A stretch of 64,000 bases of DNA from the human T2T-CHM13v2.0 reference genome, Homo sapiens: NCBI RefSeq assembly GCF_009914755.1, contig NC_060936.1; one strand, written 5' to 3'. The translations under genes and the position numbers were made by a program. Positions 42,830 to 58,631 of the stretch are shown here, piece after piece (the stretch's first letter is position 1; every line of letters begins with the position of its first letter). The notes under the pieces were generated by a model. That model saw only the letters and a program-made list of their open reading frames with translations, had not been told where the DNA came from and did not search any database.

Positions 42830-43985
42830 ATTAAATTTTACAACAAATTCTATGGGTCTAGATCAATTTTAGCAGCAAAGACATCTTTATAATATTGAGT
42901 CTTTCTGTCTATGAATATAGTACATTTCTCAATTAATTCAGGTCTTTTTCATTGTCTTTCAATAAATTTCATAATTATTCCCTAAGAGACATGTACATTT
43001 TTTGTTGTGTTTATTAGGTCTTAGCATTTCATTATTATTGCTGCCATAGTAAATAGTTTCATTATTCAAATTGCATTTTCTAGCTGTTTATTACTAGCGC
43101 TGTAAAAATGAAATTTACTTTTATATGCTGATCTTGTATTTGGTAACCTTATCAAATTTGTGCATTAATATTACAAACTTTTCAAATTTTGATAGGAGAA
43201 ATTATAGATAATTTTGGTTTTTCTATCTTTTAAAAAGAAGAGTTGTGTTTTTTCTTTCAAATCTTCATGTTTTTATTTCTTTCTATTTTTGGGTATGTGT
43301 CATCTAGGCGCCCAGAGAAAATGTTGAATGATAAGATATCCTACTCTCTTCCTTCCTTCCTTCCTTCCTTCCTTCCTTCCTTCCTTCCTTCCTTCCTCTC
43401 TCTCTCTCTCTCATTCTTTCTTTCTTTCTTTCTTGACGGAGTTTTGCTCTGTCGCCCAAGCTGGAGTGCAGTGGCACGATCTCGGCTCACTGAAAGCTAC
43501 GCCTCCCGGGTTCACGCCATTCTCCTGCCTCAGCCTCCCAAGTAGCTGAGACTACAGGCGCCCGCCAACAACGCCCGGCTAATTTTTTGTATATTTAGTA
43601 GAGACTGGGTTTCACCGTGTTAGCCAGGATGGTCTCGATCTCCTGACCTCAAGGTCCACCCGCCTTGACCTCCCAAAGTGCTGGGATTACAGGCATGAGC
43701 CACCGCGACCAGCCCTCTTATCCTTTATTTTTAAAGGTATATTCTAATGTTTCACTGCTAAGAATGATGTCTACTATACATTTTTCAGGTACATATTATT
43801 ATAAAGTTAGGAAAGTTATCTAAGATTTTTTTAAATCGAAAATAACTTAATTTTTTTCTCATGACCTTCCTTATCTATTGATATGAACATAAGATTTTTT
43901 TAACCTGGTTAATATGGCTAACTATGTTAATATGTTCTCTAATGTTGAAGCCTCCTTCTATTCTGAGATAAATCTAACCTATTCA
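42830..43985 (-). mobile_element. Old L1M ORF2 fragment
   Basis: tttataatattgagtcttt; tgctgatcttgtatttggtaacctt. Confidence 0.7.
43348..43714 (-). mobile_element. AluY with tail converted to (TTCC)n(TC)n(TTTC)n
   Basis: Y diagnostics. Polypyrimidine microsatellite at 43348-43433. Confidence 0.93.
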
Positions 43986-44384
43986 ATAACCAGAAAGATG
44001 AAAGTCTTAAAACTGTACCTAATAGCATAACTTTAAAATATATTAAACAAAATTAGACAAAAGTCCAATTTGACAAATCCATCATAAAGGTAGAACATTT
44101 GTCTTTCAATTGGAGACTTGAGTATATTTAAATTAATTGTGCTTGCTGATGTATTTGGTCTCTAGTTAACAAAGTGATCAATTCGTTGTTTCCCATACGC
44201 TCTGTACTTGCTTGCCTTTGCTTGTCTTATTCCCTCTTCTGGGAAGGTCTTCCCTACTACCTCTTATCTTTCTCACTCCATCATAATCTACTCTTCAAGG
44301 CTCATTATCCTCAAAGAATTTCCTGATTCAAGAATGGGGAGTAATCATTCTTTAAACTCCTATAATACATTATCGTTACCTCTC

Positions 44385-45810
44385 CAGGAGCAAAGCAAAC
44401 TGAAAGGAAGTAGAAGAAAAGAAATAATAAAGCTCATAGCAGAAATCAATGACATGAAAAACAAAAAAAGAAAATGTACGACGACACCAAAAGTTGGTGT
44501 TTTTGGGTTTGTTTTGTTTTTTTGCAAAAGCAAAACAACTGATAAATCTTTAGTGAGAATTACTGTGAATAAAATAGAAAGACACAAACTACAATTCAGA
44601 AATAAAATAGGAGACATCATTGCAGATCTTAGAGAAATTAAAATAATAATGGCCAGGCACGGCGGCTCATACTGGTAATCCCAGTACTTTGGGAGGCTGA
44701 GGCAAGTGGATCACTTGAGGGCAGGAGTTCGAGACCAGCCAGGCCAACATGGTGAAACCCTATCTCTACTAAAAAAATTTTTAAAAGTAAAAATTAGCCA
44801 ATATGGTGACGCATGCCTGTAGTTCCAGCTACTTGGGAGGCTGAGGTATGAGAATCCCTTGAATCTGGAAGGCCAAGATCACACCACTGCACTCCAGCCT
44901 AGATGACAGAAGAAGACTCCATCTCAAAAAACAAACAAACAAAATAACAATATTATTAATAATTTTATGCCAAGAAATTAGACAAACTACAAAAATTAGT
45001 AATACTGACTTATGGGAATTCAAAATAGATCTATATACAGGGAAGATATTTGAACTAGCAATTAAAATTCTTCCCATAAAGGAAAGCCAATCCCTAGCTG
45101 GTTTTACTATGATTCTATCAACAATTTAATGAAGAAATAACACAAATCCCATGCAAACTTACAGAAAGAAGAGAAACACTCCCCAATTTATTTTCTAGAG
45201 TCAGTTTTAACCTGATGCCAAAGCCAGAGAAAGACATCACAAGAAAAGAAAAATATAGACCAATACACCTCATAAGCACACAAAATCCTTATTAAAATAT
45301 TAGCAAACCAAATCCTGAAACACACAAAATCTTTATACACCATGAGAACATGGAGTTTATCACAGAAATGCAAGATTGGCTTAACATATTAACTGATTAA
45401 TTTAATACACCACAGTGATAGAATAAAGAAAACAAGAACAATCATCTCAATAGATATACAAAAATACATTTGTAAGTAGTAAAGAATCATTAATAATAAT
45501 AAATCTCAAGAAAATAGGAAGAGAAATCAAATTCCTCATTCTGATAAAGGGCATCTCTTTAAAAAACTTCAGTTAGTATCCTATTAATCTTGAAAGATGA
45601 AACTTCACCTAATATCAGGAGTGAGGCAAATATGTCCATTTTCAGGATTTGTATTCAACATTGTGTTTGCAGTTTTACCTAGTTTATTAAACCAAGAATA
45701 AAAAGCTAAATGCATGTATATTGAAAAGACAGAAATGTGTCTTTATTTGCAGAAGACACCAAAGGCACTCTCTTTATGCAAAAATACAAAATGGTCTTCA
45801 TCAAAACGAA
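44385..45810 (+). mobile_element. Old L1M ORF2 fragment
   Basis: SKLKGSRRKEIIKLIAEIN in ORF 44208-44678; catctcaatagat. Confidence 0.75.
44651..44945 (+). mobile_element. AluS/J with right-arm deletion
   Basis: Alu dimer. Confidence 0.9.
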
Positions 45811-45814
45811 AATC

Positions 45815-47490
<1,676 letters not shown>

Positions 47491-47499
47491 AAAGACCTC

Positions 47500-48470
47500 T
47501 GATCTTGAGACACAATTAAGAAAAAGAATAAATAATTTACAGACAAAAAATGCAAATGTTATATCTGAAAAAGGACTTGTATACAGATTATATTTTTTTA
47601 TAATCTTACAACCATTTCCCCCAAATGTTCAATGTAAAAGATTTTAATACTTCAACAAAGCAGATATACAACTAGCTTTATTAGAGGTTTTTTTCTTTGT
47701 TTTCATTTGTTTGTTTTTATAAATACTTGCTCAACATCATTAGTCATTAGGGAAATGAAAGTTAAAACTACAAATGATATCATCACACAATCTCCAAGAG
47801 TAGTTATTTTTAAAAAGACCACCAATAACAAGCGTTGTTGAGTACGTGAGGAAACCAAAACAATCATAGATTGATGTTGGCTGGTGTAAAATGGTACCGC
47901 TACTTTGGAAAACAGTTTAGAAGTTTCTTAAGATGAAAATTTTACCATGAGAACCAGCAATCTGTACACAAATGTTTGAAGCAGCATTATTCAAAACAGC
48001 CAGGGACTGAAAACAAATCCAAATGTATATCAACCAATGAGTGGATGAACAAAATGTGGTAAATGCATACAATGGAATATTATTCTGCAATCAAAAGGAA
48101 CAAACCACTGATATATGCAACATAGATGAACCTTGAAAACATTACGCTAAGTGAAGAAGCCAGACACAGATGACTACGTATATAATGCATATTGTCTTAT
48201 TCCACGTATATGAAGTTTCCAGAAAAGACAAAGATGTAGAGACCAAAAGAAGATCCATGGTTGTCTGGGATCAGAGCTGGGAGCAGGGATTGACTCCAAA
48301 CTGTAAGTAGAAAACTTTGGGGGGGGGGGGGCAGAAGTGTTACAAAACTGAACTCTAGTAATGGTTGAACAACTATAAATTTTACTAAAAATAATCAAAC
48401 TGTATATTTATAATGTAAATTGTATGGTATATAAACTATCCCTAAATAAAGTTGTTAAAAATTTATTAGA
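47500..48470 (+). mobile_element. L1MB/ME 3' end
   Basis: gatgaaccttgaaaacattacgctaagtgaagaagccagacaca. Confidence 0.75.
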
Positions 48471-50425
48471 AACCCAATTTAGTTTTAAGTAAAATATAAT
48501 ATTCATCTTTCACACACATCTTGGGTAGCTTGTCTGTTACACAATAATAATAACAATCATAAGCCAATCAAGCTATTGGTACTTGGAGCAGAAAGGGCTG
48601 ACTGGAGTCTGGGAAAATCTCAGATGCAACAGTGATTGCCTTGACCTGACATCTCCTTCTCTACCAAACCAACACCACCAACCATTTTGATATGAAAAGG
48701 TTAGTTAAGTTAGACCTGAAAAACACAGAGAAGAATGGTTTTTAGTCTGGCTCATAAGAAACTTGGAAATCACCACTCTGTTCTAACAACAGGTAAAAAT
48801 CTAAACAAAGTGAACATTCAACAGCTCTTTAAATGGTAATGAATGAATTGTGGGGAGCTCAGTGTGGAGAATTCTGAGAGTTAAAAACTTCAGGGAGACC
48901 CAGTCATAGGAAAGCCCCCAACACTTTCATGAGTTTTACCTCCAGGAAATCAACTGGGTCCTCACAGTGACTATCAGAGAACAATCCCCATGTACTTCTG
49001 GCAAGGAAAGGGAAAAAGGAACTATTTTGAAATAGGCCAGAGCACTTCATTCTTCTTAACAAGGTCTGCCCTCAGGAGAAACTAACCAGAGCCTAACCTA
49101 CGGGGGTTTTATCTGAGCCTTAATGACCTGGGGGAAGAGAAATCTTAACTCTAGGCAGCTGTAGTCTTCCACATGGGAGAAGAGAAATGCCTAACTCCAA
49201 CCCACTTAACCAATTCTGTTCCAGTTGCTTTTGTTGTTGTTGTTGCTTTTAGGGAGAAAAAATGGGAAGCATTTGTGACAGTCCAGAGGCACAGGCTTTC
49301 TGAGGACTGAGACCTAACCATAGAACTATAAGATATTCCCCTCCCCTACCACCTTACAACCACACGAATAAAGGATTATTTACAGAAGTTCCTTTTACTC
49401 AGTACATTATCAAGAAAATAATATACTAATTTACATTAGACTGAATAAAATAATTTGCTCAGTCTGGCTATTAAGAAAAAAATTACAAGATGTGCTCGAG
49501 GCAAAAAACACAGATTGAGGAGACAAAGCAAGCCTCAGAACCAGATTCAGATATGGCAGAGATGTTGAGATTATCAGACCAGGAATTTAAAACAACGATA
49601 ACTAATATGCTAAAGTAGACATGAATAATGGATAAAGCAGACAGTGCACAATAATAAATGGGCCATGAAGGCAGAGATATGAAAATACTAAGAAAGAATC
49701 AAAAAGAAGTGCTAGGTATCAAAACAGTGCAATAGAAATGCAGAATGTCTTTGACGTGCTTATAAGTACACAGGACACGGCTGAGGAAAGAATCTCTGAG
49801 CTTGAGGATATGTCAGTGGAAACCTCCAAAACTGAAAAAGCAAACAGAAAAGAGACTGGGGGAAGAAACAGAATAGAATATCCAAGAACTGTGGGATTAC
49901 TACAAAAGTTGTAACATATATATAATACATAATGGAAATATCAGAAGTAGAAAGGAGAGAAAGGGACAGAGAAATATTTAAAACAATAATGACTGAAAAT
50001 TTCCCCCAAATGAATGTCTAATAACGAACTACAGACTCAGGAAACTCATAAACCAATAAGCAGAATAAATGCCAGAAAAAAAAACTATATCTAGACATAT
50101 AATATTCAAACTGCAGAAAATCAAGGATAAAAAAAATTTGAAAAAAAGCCGGAGAGAAAAAAATCCTTATCTATAGAGAAGCAATTACATCTGTTTTCTC
50201 ACAAACTATGCAAGCAAGGAAAGTGAAATGAAATATTTGAAATGTCATGAGGAAAACAACCCACCAATCTGGAACTCTGTTTTCTAGAAAATCATTCCTC
50301 AAAAGTTAAGAAGAAATAAAGACTTTCCCAGACAAATAAAAATTGAGGGTATTTGTTGCTAGTAGACCTATTTCGTAATTAAAAATTAAAATAAGCTATT
50401 CAGAGATAAGGGTTATATAGGTCAG

Positions 50426-50791
50426 TGTGTTAGTCCATTCGCACTCTGCTATGAAGAAATACCCAAGACTGTCCTCTATAAAGCAAAGAGGTTCAATTGA
50501 CCCATGGTTCCTCAGGGCTGGGGAGGCCTCGGGAAACTTACAATCACGGAAGAAGGCAAGGAGAACGAGGCACCTTCTTCACATTGAGGCAGGACGAAGT
50601 GCCCAGTAAAGAGGGAAAAGCCCTTTATAAAACCATCAGATCTCATGAGAACTCACGATCACGAGAACAGCATGGAGGTAACTGCCCTCATGATTCAATT
50701 ACCTCCCGCCAGGTCCCTCCCATGGTATGTGGGGATTATGGGAACTACAATTCAAGACGAGATTTGGGTGGGTGTGCAGCCAACCATATCC
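50426..50791 (-). mobile_element. THE1 (C/D-like) solo LTR
   Basis: tgtgttagtcc...aaccatatcc. TSD GTCAG at 50421-50425 and 50792-50796. Confidence 0.9.
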
Positions 50792-51642
50792 GTCAGAAAC
50801 TCAGACCTACATAAAGAAAGGAAAAACATCAAAGAAGAAATAGATGAAAGCAAAATAAAAATTATTTTGTTTCCTATTCTTAATTGACCTAATAAAGAAG
50901 TTTGTTCAAAATTATGATAGCAACAATGTATTTTATTATTTGCATATATACGCTATGTATATGTGAAATAAATGGCAGAAATAATACAAGTGATGTGAGG
51001 AAGGAATTAGGAATATTTTATTATAAGGCACTATTTGTGAAGTAAGTATAGTTTTATTTGAAAGTGGAGTTGAATTAGTTGTAACTGTATATTGCAAACT
51101 CTAGAGCAACCATTAAAAAAATTAAAAAATACAACTGATATACTAAGAAGAAAAGAGAAAATGGAATAATGTGAAATGTTCAATCAAAGCCATAAAAGGC
51201 AGAAAAATAATGGAAGACAAAAATAGGAACAAAGAACAGGGACAACAATGGAAAACACTAAAAAATGTGGTAGATATTAATCTGACCCATATCAGTAATC
51301 TCTTTGAATGTCGATACACCAATTAAAATACAGAGAATGTAAGAAAGGATCAAAAATAAAACCCATTGTATGTTGTCTATAAGAAATTTACTTTAAAGAC
51401 ATATAGATAAAAGTAAATGGGTGGAGAAGGATTTATTGTCCTAACACTAATCAAAAGAAAGCAGGAATAACTATATTAATTTCAGACAAGGCAGAGTTCA
51501 GTGCAAGGAAAGTTATCATGGATAAAGAAGGGCATTACATAATGAAAAAATAGGTCAATTATTCAAGAAGACATGGTAATCTTTAATGTGTATGCACCTA
51601 ACAATATGGCATCAAAATAAGTGAGGCAAAAATTAATAGAGC

Positions 51643-51945
51643 AGTCCAGATATTGTGGCTCACACCCCTAATCCTAGCACTTTGGGAGACCAAGGTGGAA
51701 GGGTCACTTGGGGTCAGGAGTTTGAGGCCAGGCTGGGCAAACATAAGATGCCATCTATACAAAAAAGTTTTTTTGAATTAGTTGGGCATGGTAGTGTGTG
51801 CCTGTAGTACCAGCTACTCAGGAGGTTGAGGCAGGAGGATCACTGGAGCCCAAGAGATAGAGGCTGCAGTGAACTATGATTGTACTACTGCACTCCAGCT
51901 TGGGTGACAGAGCAAGACCCTGTCTCTAAAGAGATAAATAAATAA
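51643..51945 (+). mobile_element. AluJ
   Basis: Diverged Alu (ggaggatcactggagcccaag). Confidence 0.9.
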
Positions 51946-52550
51946 TTTTTTAAAAGCTAATCAAACAGCAAGGATAAATAGATGAATCTATTATTTTAGT
52001 TAAAGATTTCAATATTCCTGTATCAGAAATGGCAGATCTAGCAGGCAGAAATCAAGTAAGGACACAGTTGAACTCAACACAATCAATCACCTGGATATAT
52101 AGGTATTTATAGATTGCTTCATCTAACAGCAGAATACACATTCTCTCAAGTTCCTATGGAAGATTCACCAAGATATACCACATTTTGGGCCATAAATCAT
52201 ACCTTAACAAATTTTAAAAGCACGGAAATTATACAATGTCTTCTCTCAGACCACAATGGAATTAAACTAGAAATCAATAATAGAAAGCTAGCTGAGAAAT
52301 CTCCCAAATACTTGCAGATTAAAATGTCTGGACTGCTCTACTCATTTTTGCCTCACTTATTTTGATGCTATATTGTTAGGTGCATACTTTTAAATAACAC
52401 ATGGGTCAAAGAAGAAATTGCAAGGGGAAATTCAAAAATATTTTAAGCTAAATGGAAATGAAAACACAATGTATCAAAATTTATGGGATGAAGTAAAAGT
52501 AGTGCTTAGAAGGATATTTATAGCATTGAATGCATACATTAGAAGAGAAG

Positions 52551-52848
52551 GGCCAGGTGCAGTGGCTCACACTTGTAATCCTAGCACTTTGGGAGACCAA
52601 GGTGAGCAGATTGCTTGAGCTCAGGAGTTCGAGACCATCCTGAGCAACAAGGCGAAACTCCATCTCTACAAAAAATACAAAAATTAGCCCGGCATAGTGG
52701 CGCAAACCTGTACTCCCAGCTGCTTGGGAGGCTGAGGTGGGAGGATCACTTGAGCTTGGGAGGCGGAGGTTGCAGTGAGTGAAGACTGCGCCACTGTCCT
52801 CCAAATGGGGTGACAAAGGGAAACCCTGTCTTAAAAAAAAAAAAAAAG
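52551..52848 (+). mobile_element. AluJ-like
   Basis: Alu dimer and polyA. Confidence 0.9.
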
Positions 52849-55004
52849 AAATGGAAAGGAAAAGGAAAGAAGAAAGATCTAAAATCAATGAGTTAAGCTT
52901 CCCCCATAGGAAACTTGAAAGAGCTTGAGAGAAAATAATTGCAAAAAGACATACCCAATAAAGGAGTGTTATTCAAAATGTACAAAATCTTAAAACTCAA
53001 CAATAACACCAATAACCCAGTTAAAAAATGGACCAAAGACCTTAACAGACATTTCACCAAATAGAATATACAGATGACAAGCAGCACGTGAAAAGATGCT
53101 CCACGTCATTTTTCATCAGAGAAGTGCAAATTAAAATAACAATGAGATATCACTACACACTTATAGAATGGCCAAAATCTAAAGCACTAACATTAATGCT
53201 GGTGAGGATGTGGAGCAACAGGAGCTTTCATTCAGTGCTGGTGGAAATGACTATAAAATATAACAGCCACTTTGGAATACAATTTTCCAGTTTCTTACAA
53301 AATTAAATATACTCTTACCATACAATATAGTCATTGTGCTCCTTGATATTTATCCAAAATAGTTGAAAACTTATGTCTACACAAAAACCTGAACTCAGAT
53401 GTTTATACCAGCTTTATTTATATTTAAGTGTTTATTATTAATTCATTACCAAAACTTAGAAGCAACGAAGATGTCCTTCAGTAGGTAAATGAATAAATAA
53501 ACTGTGGTATATTCAGACAATAGAATACTATTAAGTACTAAAAAGAAATGAGTGATCAAGCCATTAAAAGACACGGAGGAAACCTTAAATGCATATTGCT
53601 GAGTGACGAAAGCCAGTCTGAAAAGGATATACACTATGATTCACTATATGACATTCTGGAGAAGTCAAAACTACTGAGATAGTAAAAAGATCAGTGGTTG
53701 CCAGAGAGTAGGTGGGAGGGAGGAAAGAATAGACAGAACACAAAAATCGTATAGGGCAGTGAACCTACTCTTTATGATACAGAGTAACATATGATAAAGG
53801 GTAATGACAATGGTGGAAACATGTCCTTATACATTTGTCCAAACCCAAAGAATTTTACAACACTAAGAGTGAACCATAATGTAAACTATGGATGTTGGGT
53901 GATAACTTAGTCAATGTAGGCTCACTACTTGTAACAAATGTACAACTCTGGTGGGAGATGTTGATAATGGGGGAAGGTCTGCATGTGTGGGGACAGAGAG
54001 TATTTGGGAAATCTCTGTACTTTCTCCTCAATTTTTTTGTGAACCTAAAACGGCTCTAAAAAATAGGGTATCACCTCCCCCCGCCCACCCACACACACAA
54101 AGGAATTACATGGTTTTGCACATTCTAGTGATACCTGGAACTGCGGACGCTATTGTTAAATCTTTATCAAAGTGCTGAAACCTAAATGAAAAAAAGCACC
54201 CTAAAATACAGGGCCTCAATCTGTATAGTTCAGTACTACAAAAAAATTATTAATAAACTAGGAATAATAATAGTAAAGCAATTTCCTCTAATGATTTATA
54301 GATTTTCTTTTATTAAATTATCTATGCACACATTTTTCATCTGCAAAACTAAACGTTTTCTTTTTAAAATATGAATCTGGCTACTGTACTTCAGAAGTCA
54401 CTTGTGCCTCTGTGATTTGAAATTGACTCATCTGTAATGTAGAAGGTTTTGATCAGATCATCTCTGAAATAACCCTTGGTTTTGTTCAAAAGCAAATGGC
54501 GGTGTTTCTTTTCCTTTGAATCTCTATGAATTTGCAAAGAATCATAGGTTTTATGTTTCTGGTGTTTTGTCCTTACTTCAAATCTAATTGAATACATCAG
54601 CAGCATTAGTTGGCTCATTGAGCATTTCAGAACTCTTTCCCTTCTACCCAAAGAAAAGAGAAAGAGACAAAATGACATTATTGGTGGCTACAGTGAGTTC
54701 ATCTGAAAAAGACCATGCTTTAACTATTTTGTATTTACTTCAATAAAGCAGGGGCTCTAGTCTGCTGGGGGGAAAAATCCTTAAAAGAAGTTAGAGGGTG
54801 AAAGGAAAAGCAAACATCACCTGTAATTCAATGGTGATAATTCTAGCAAAATCTTCAGAAACATGGTAAACTGGAAAACAATGGGATGATACATTTAAAA
54901 AGCTGAAAGAAAATCTGTCAAGCTAGAATTCTATAGCCAATAAAAATATACTTCAAAAATGAAAGTGAACTATAGACATTTTCAGGTAAATAAAAGCTGA
55001 GAGA

Positions 55005-55119
55005 GGCCAGGTGTGGGAGCTCATGCCTGTAATCCATGCAATATGGGAGGCTAAGGTGGGAGGATCACTTGCACCCAGGAGTTTGAGACCAGCCTAGACA
55101 ACATAGGGAAACCCTGTCT

Positions 55120-55156
<37 letters not shown>
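55005..55156 (+). mobile_element. Alu monomer (FLAM/AluJ left arm) with long polyA
   Basis: Single arm followed by a long A run. Confidence 0.85.
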
Positions 55157-55158
<2 letters not shown>

Positions 55159-55627
55159 AAAGAATGAAAGCAGAGAGAACTTGTTACTAGCACTAAAAGA
55201 AAAGCTAAAGGAAATTCTTAGGCTGTTGAGAAATGGTATCATTTCTACAGAAAGGATTAAAAGCAATAGATCTGTACATAAAGGGGTATATAAACAAAAG
55301 TGTATTTTCATATTCTAATTTCTTTGAAAAGCATCTATGTTTTTAAAACAAAAAACAACAATGTTGTATTATGGAATTAATCAAATATACAGTAGTAATA
55401 CACATGGCAATAGGAAAAAGGATCGGGAGACAGAGTAATGTGTCATACTAATATAACCTTCTTATTTGTGAAGTAGTATAATATTAATTCAAGTTATACT
55501 GTGATTGAAGATGCATATTATAATCCGTAGAGCAACAGATAAAAGTATAGTAAAAAAAGATTAATCTAAAAAAGGCAAGAAAGCAGCATGAAAGGCAAAA
55601 AGAACAGAGAAAACCAATAAAAAACAA

Positions 55628-56124
55628 AGTTCTGCACCATACAACAATATTTCTATCAATGATGAACTGCATATATGACATTGGTCCCATAAAATTGTAA
55701 ATTTAGTACAGCCTAAGTGTACATTGTTTGTAAAGTCTACAGCAGTGGACAGTAATGTCCTAGGCCTTCACATTCACTTATTGATGCACCCAGAGCAACT
55801 TCTGGTCCTGTAAGTTTCACATGGTAAATGCCCTATATAGATATACCATTTTTTAACCTTTTATACCATATATTTACTGTATCTTTTCTATGTGTAGATA
55901 CACAAATACTTACCATTATCTTCCCATTGCCTACAGTATTTAATACAGTATCATTCTGCGTAGGTTTGTAGCCAAGGAGCAATCGGCTATACCATTATAG
56001 CACAGGTGTGTAGTCAGCTATAGCATCTAGGTTTGCATAAGTACACGCTATGATGCTTGCACAATGATGAGATCACATAACTCATTTCTCAGAATGTATC
56101 CCACCGTTAAGTGACACATGACTA
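55628..56124 (+). mobile_element. Tigger3 (Golem)-type DNA transposon
   Basis: gtaatgtcctaggccttcacattcac. Terminal gttaagtgacacatgact. Confidence 0.8.
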
Positions 56125-56539
56125 TAATAAGATGATAGACTTAAACCCATCGATATCAACAACTGCATTAAATATAATAGTGATAAATGCCTCAGTTAAA
56201 GGGCAAAGATTGTTGAAATAGATAAAAAAGCAAAATGAGACCTAAGTATGTTGTTTACGAGAGGCACATTGCAAAGATATAATAACTACAATAAGCTGAA
56301 AGTAAAAGGATAGAAAAAGATATACCAGGTAAATATCAACCGTAAAAAATTTTGTAAGTTTTCATTAATGTCGATGTAGATTTCAAAACAGGGTATTACA
56401 AAAAAAGAAAAAAGAAAAATTTATGTAATTATTTTGATACTTATTCATATTGTAATACTTATATTGTTATAAAAGTTAAGAATAAAAGGGTCACTTCATA
56501 AAGAAAATATCACAGTCTTCAATGTGTATTTCAAGCAAT

Positions 56540-57460
56540 CAGGTGTTGGTCAATTAGGACAATAAGCCAACTGAAAGCAACAATCAAGCCTTTATTTACT
56601 TACTATGACACTGCAAGGAGGAGGCACCAGTTTCCTAGGGTGTAGTTTTTCCCCATGGAACGCTACTGGCAGAGAGTTAACTGAATGCAGTGTCGATGGG
56701 AGAATTGTCTCAATGCCAAGGAATCCTAAACAAAAGGCTCTTTCTCTCTTTATGGACCTATGGGCCAGGGGGAAGAAGAGAGGGCAGGTCTTCTAGCAGT
56801 GGAGAGATACTGAGTCAAAGTGGAAAAGTGTCTCCACAAAGGCCCCTGATAAAAAGGCCTCTACATGAAGGTGCTGGGTTAGGAATGCCAATATGCATAT
56901 GAACATGGCTCTCCTAAGAGTCCTAAGTCCTTGACTGCAACTCATTCTAGAAAACTGATAATTGGCTATGCACCAAGGTGTGAGGAGGTGATATGGTTTG
57001 GATGTTTGTCACCTCCAGATCTCATGTTGAAATGTAACTCCCAATTTTGGAGGTGGGGCCTGGTGGGTGGTGATTGTTTGATGGGGGCAAAACTCACATG
57101 AATTATTTAGCACTGTCCCCTTGGTAATAAGTGAGTTCTCACTCCAAGTTCACACCACATCTGGTTGTTTAAAAGTGTGTGGTACCTCCCACCCTGCTCC
57201 CACTCTTGCCATGTGATGGGCTTGCTCCTGCTTTGTGCTTTGCCTTTCAACATGATTATAAGCTTCCTGAGGCCTTCACCAGAAGCCAAGCAGATGTTGG
57301 TGCCCTGCTTGTACAGTTTGCAGAACGACGAGCCAATTAAACTTCTTTTCTTAATAAATGACCCAGCCTCAGATATTTCTTTATAGCGATTCAAGAACAA
57401 AATAATACAGGAGAGCAGCTTCTCTCCATTAGGCCTGCCAGACAAAGCCTTATGATTGCC
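56540..57460 (-). mobile_element. Old ERVL-class LTR (family uncertain) split by MST
   Basis: tgttggtcaattagg...gcctttatttacttact (reverse AATAAA) layout. Confidence 0.4.
56989..57409 (+). mobile_element. MSTA/MSTB MaLR solo LTR
   Basis: tgatatggtttggatgtttg...aataataca. TSD GGAGG/GGAGA. Confidence 0.88.
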
Positions 57461-57669
57461 TGTGGTCAGACAGGAAGAATTACAGATAGGACTTTGGTCT
57501 GGAAGTCAGACTCCTCAATGAATGAAACTTATAATAAATTTCAAAGTAAATTCAATAAAGCTAAAATGTATGGAACTAAAAGGAGAAATTGGCACATCAT
57601 ACTTAGAGACTTTAATATACATTTTTTCTATAGTTGATAGAATAGATAAAATATATCAGTAAGAGTGTA

Positions 57670-58109
57670 CAGTTGACCCTTGAACAACAAAAGTTTGAAC
57701 AGCACAGATCCACTTATATGAGGATTTTCTTCCATCTTTGCAACCTGGAAACAGCAAGATTAATCCTTCCTTTTCCTTGTCCTCCTCATTCTACCCAACA
57801 TTAAGGTGATGAGGAGGAAGACCTTTATGACAATCCACTTAATGAATAGTAAATATATTTTCTCTTTTTTATAATTTTCTTAATAACATTTCCTATTCTC
57901 TAGCTTACTTTATTGTAAGAATACAGCATATTATTTATATATATATCATGCAAAATATTTGTTAATCAACTGTTTATGTTGTTGGTAAGGTCTCTGGTCA
58001 ACAGTAGGCTATCAGTAGTTAAATTTTGGGGGAATCAAAAGATACATGCAGATTTTCAAATGCATTGGGGTCGGCACCCCTAACCTTTACGTTGTTCAAG
58101 GATCATCTC
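57670..58109 (+). mobile_element. Tigger2a-type DNA transposon
   Basis: TIRs cagttgacccttgaacaac / gttgttcaaggatcatct, with TA flanks. Confidence 0.88.
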
Positions 58110-58631
58110 TACTTGACCTAATAAATGCTTTCAGTACACTATTGCCAACAACTGCAGAATGGATGTTCCTTTAAAGTACTCATGGAACCTGCGCCATAAA
58201 ATAATTCTTAATAAATTTTAGAAAATAAAATCACACATAATATATTCTCTGGTCGTGCCAGAATTAAATGACAAAGAGATAACAAAAAGATACTAGGAAA
58301 TCTTCCATATATTTGGAAATTTAAAATATACTAAGTGACAGGTGATTTAAAGAAAAATCACAAGATAATTAGATAATATTCTGATTTAAAAACTGACAAA
58401 AGCACAATGCATCACAACTTGTGGAGCAACTTCTACTTCCATCCCTTGGTTCCCAGATCCAGATATTCTTAATACAGCCCAAACATATAATGGGAGAAAC
58501 TAGTCACTGTGCAAAACATATACCACATCCTATAAGATGGTACCCCATACTCCCAACATTGTCTCTCAGATGGTCCTCAAAATGAGTCTTTATTAGGCCA
58601 TGCCAACTTTGTGTAAGGCAGACACTTCTAG

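Larger units (their letters stand above)
48720..54070 (+). mobile_element. Near full-length L1MC1-like element with a large internal ORF2 deletion (~52920)
   Basis: L1MC 5' end, ORF1 remnant, EN-domain remnant (LLSDHNGIKLEINN) and 3' end gaacctaaaacggctctaaaaaat. Confidence 0.8.
54780..58430 (+). mobile_element. Old L1M (ORF1 end, spacer, ORF2 start) fragmented by insertions
   Basis: caatgggatgatacatttaaaaagctgaaagaaaa; HIILRDFN (EN motif) in ORF 57452-57637. Confidence 0.7.
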
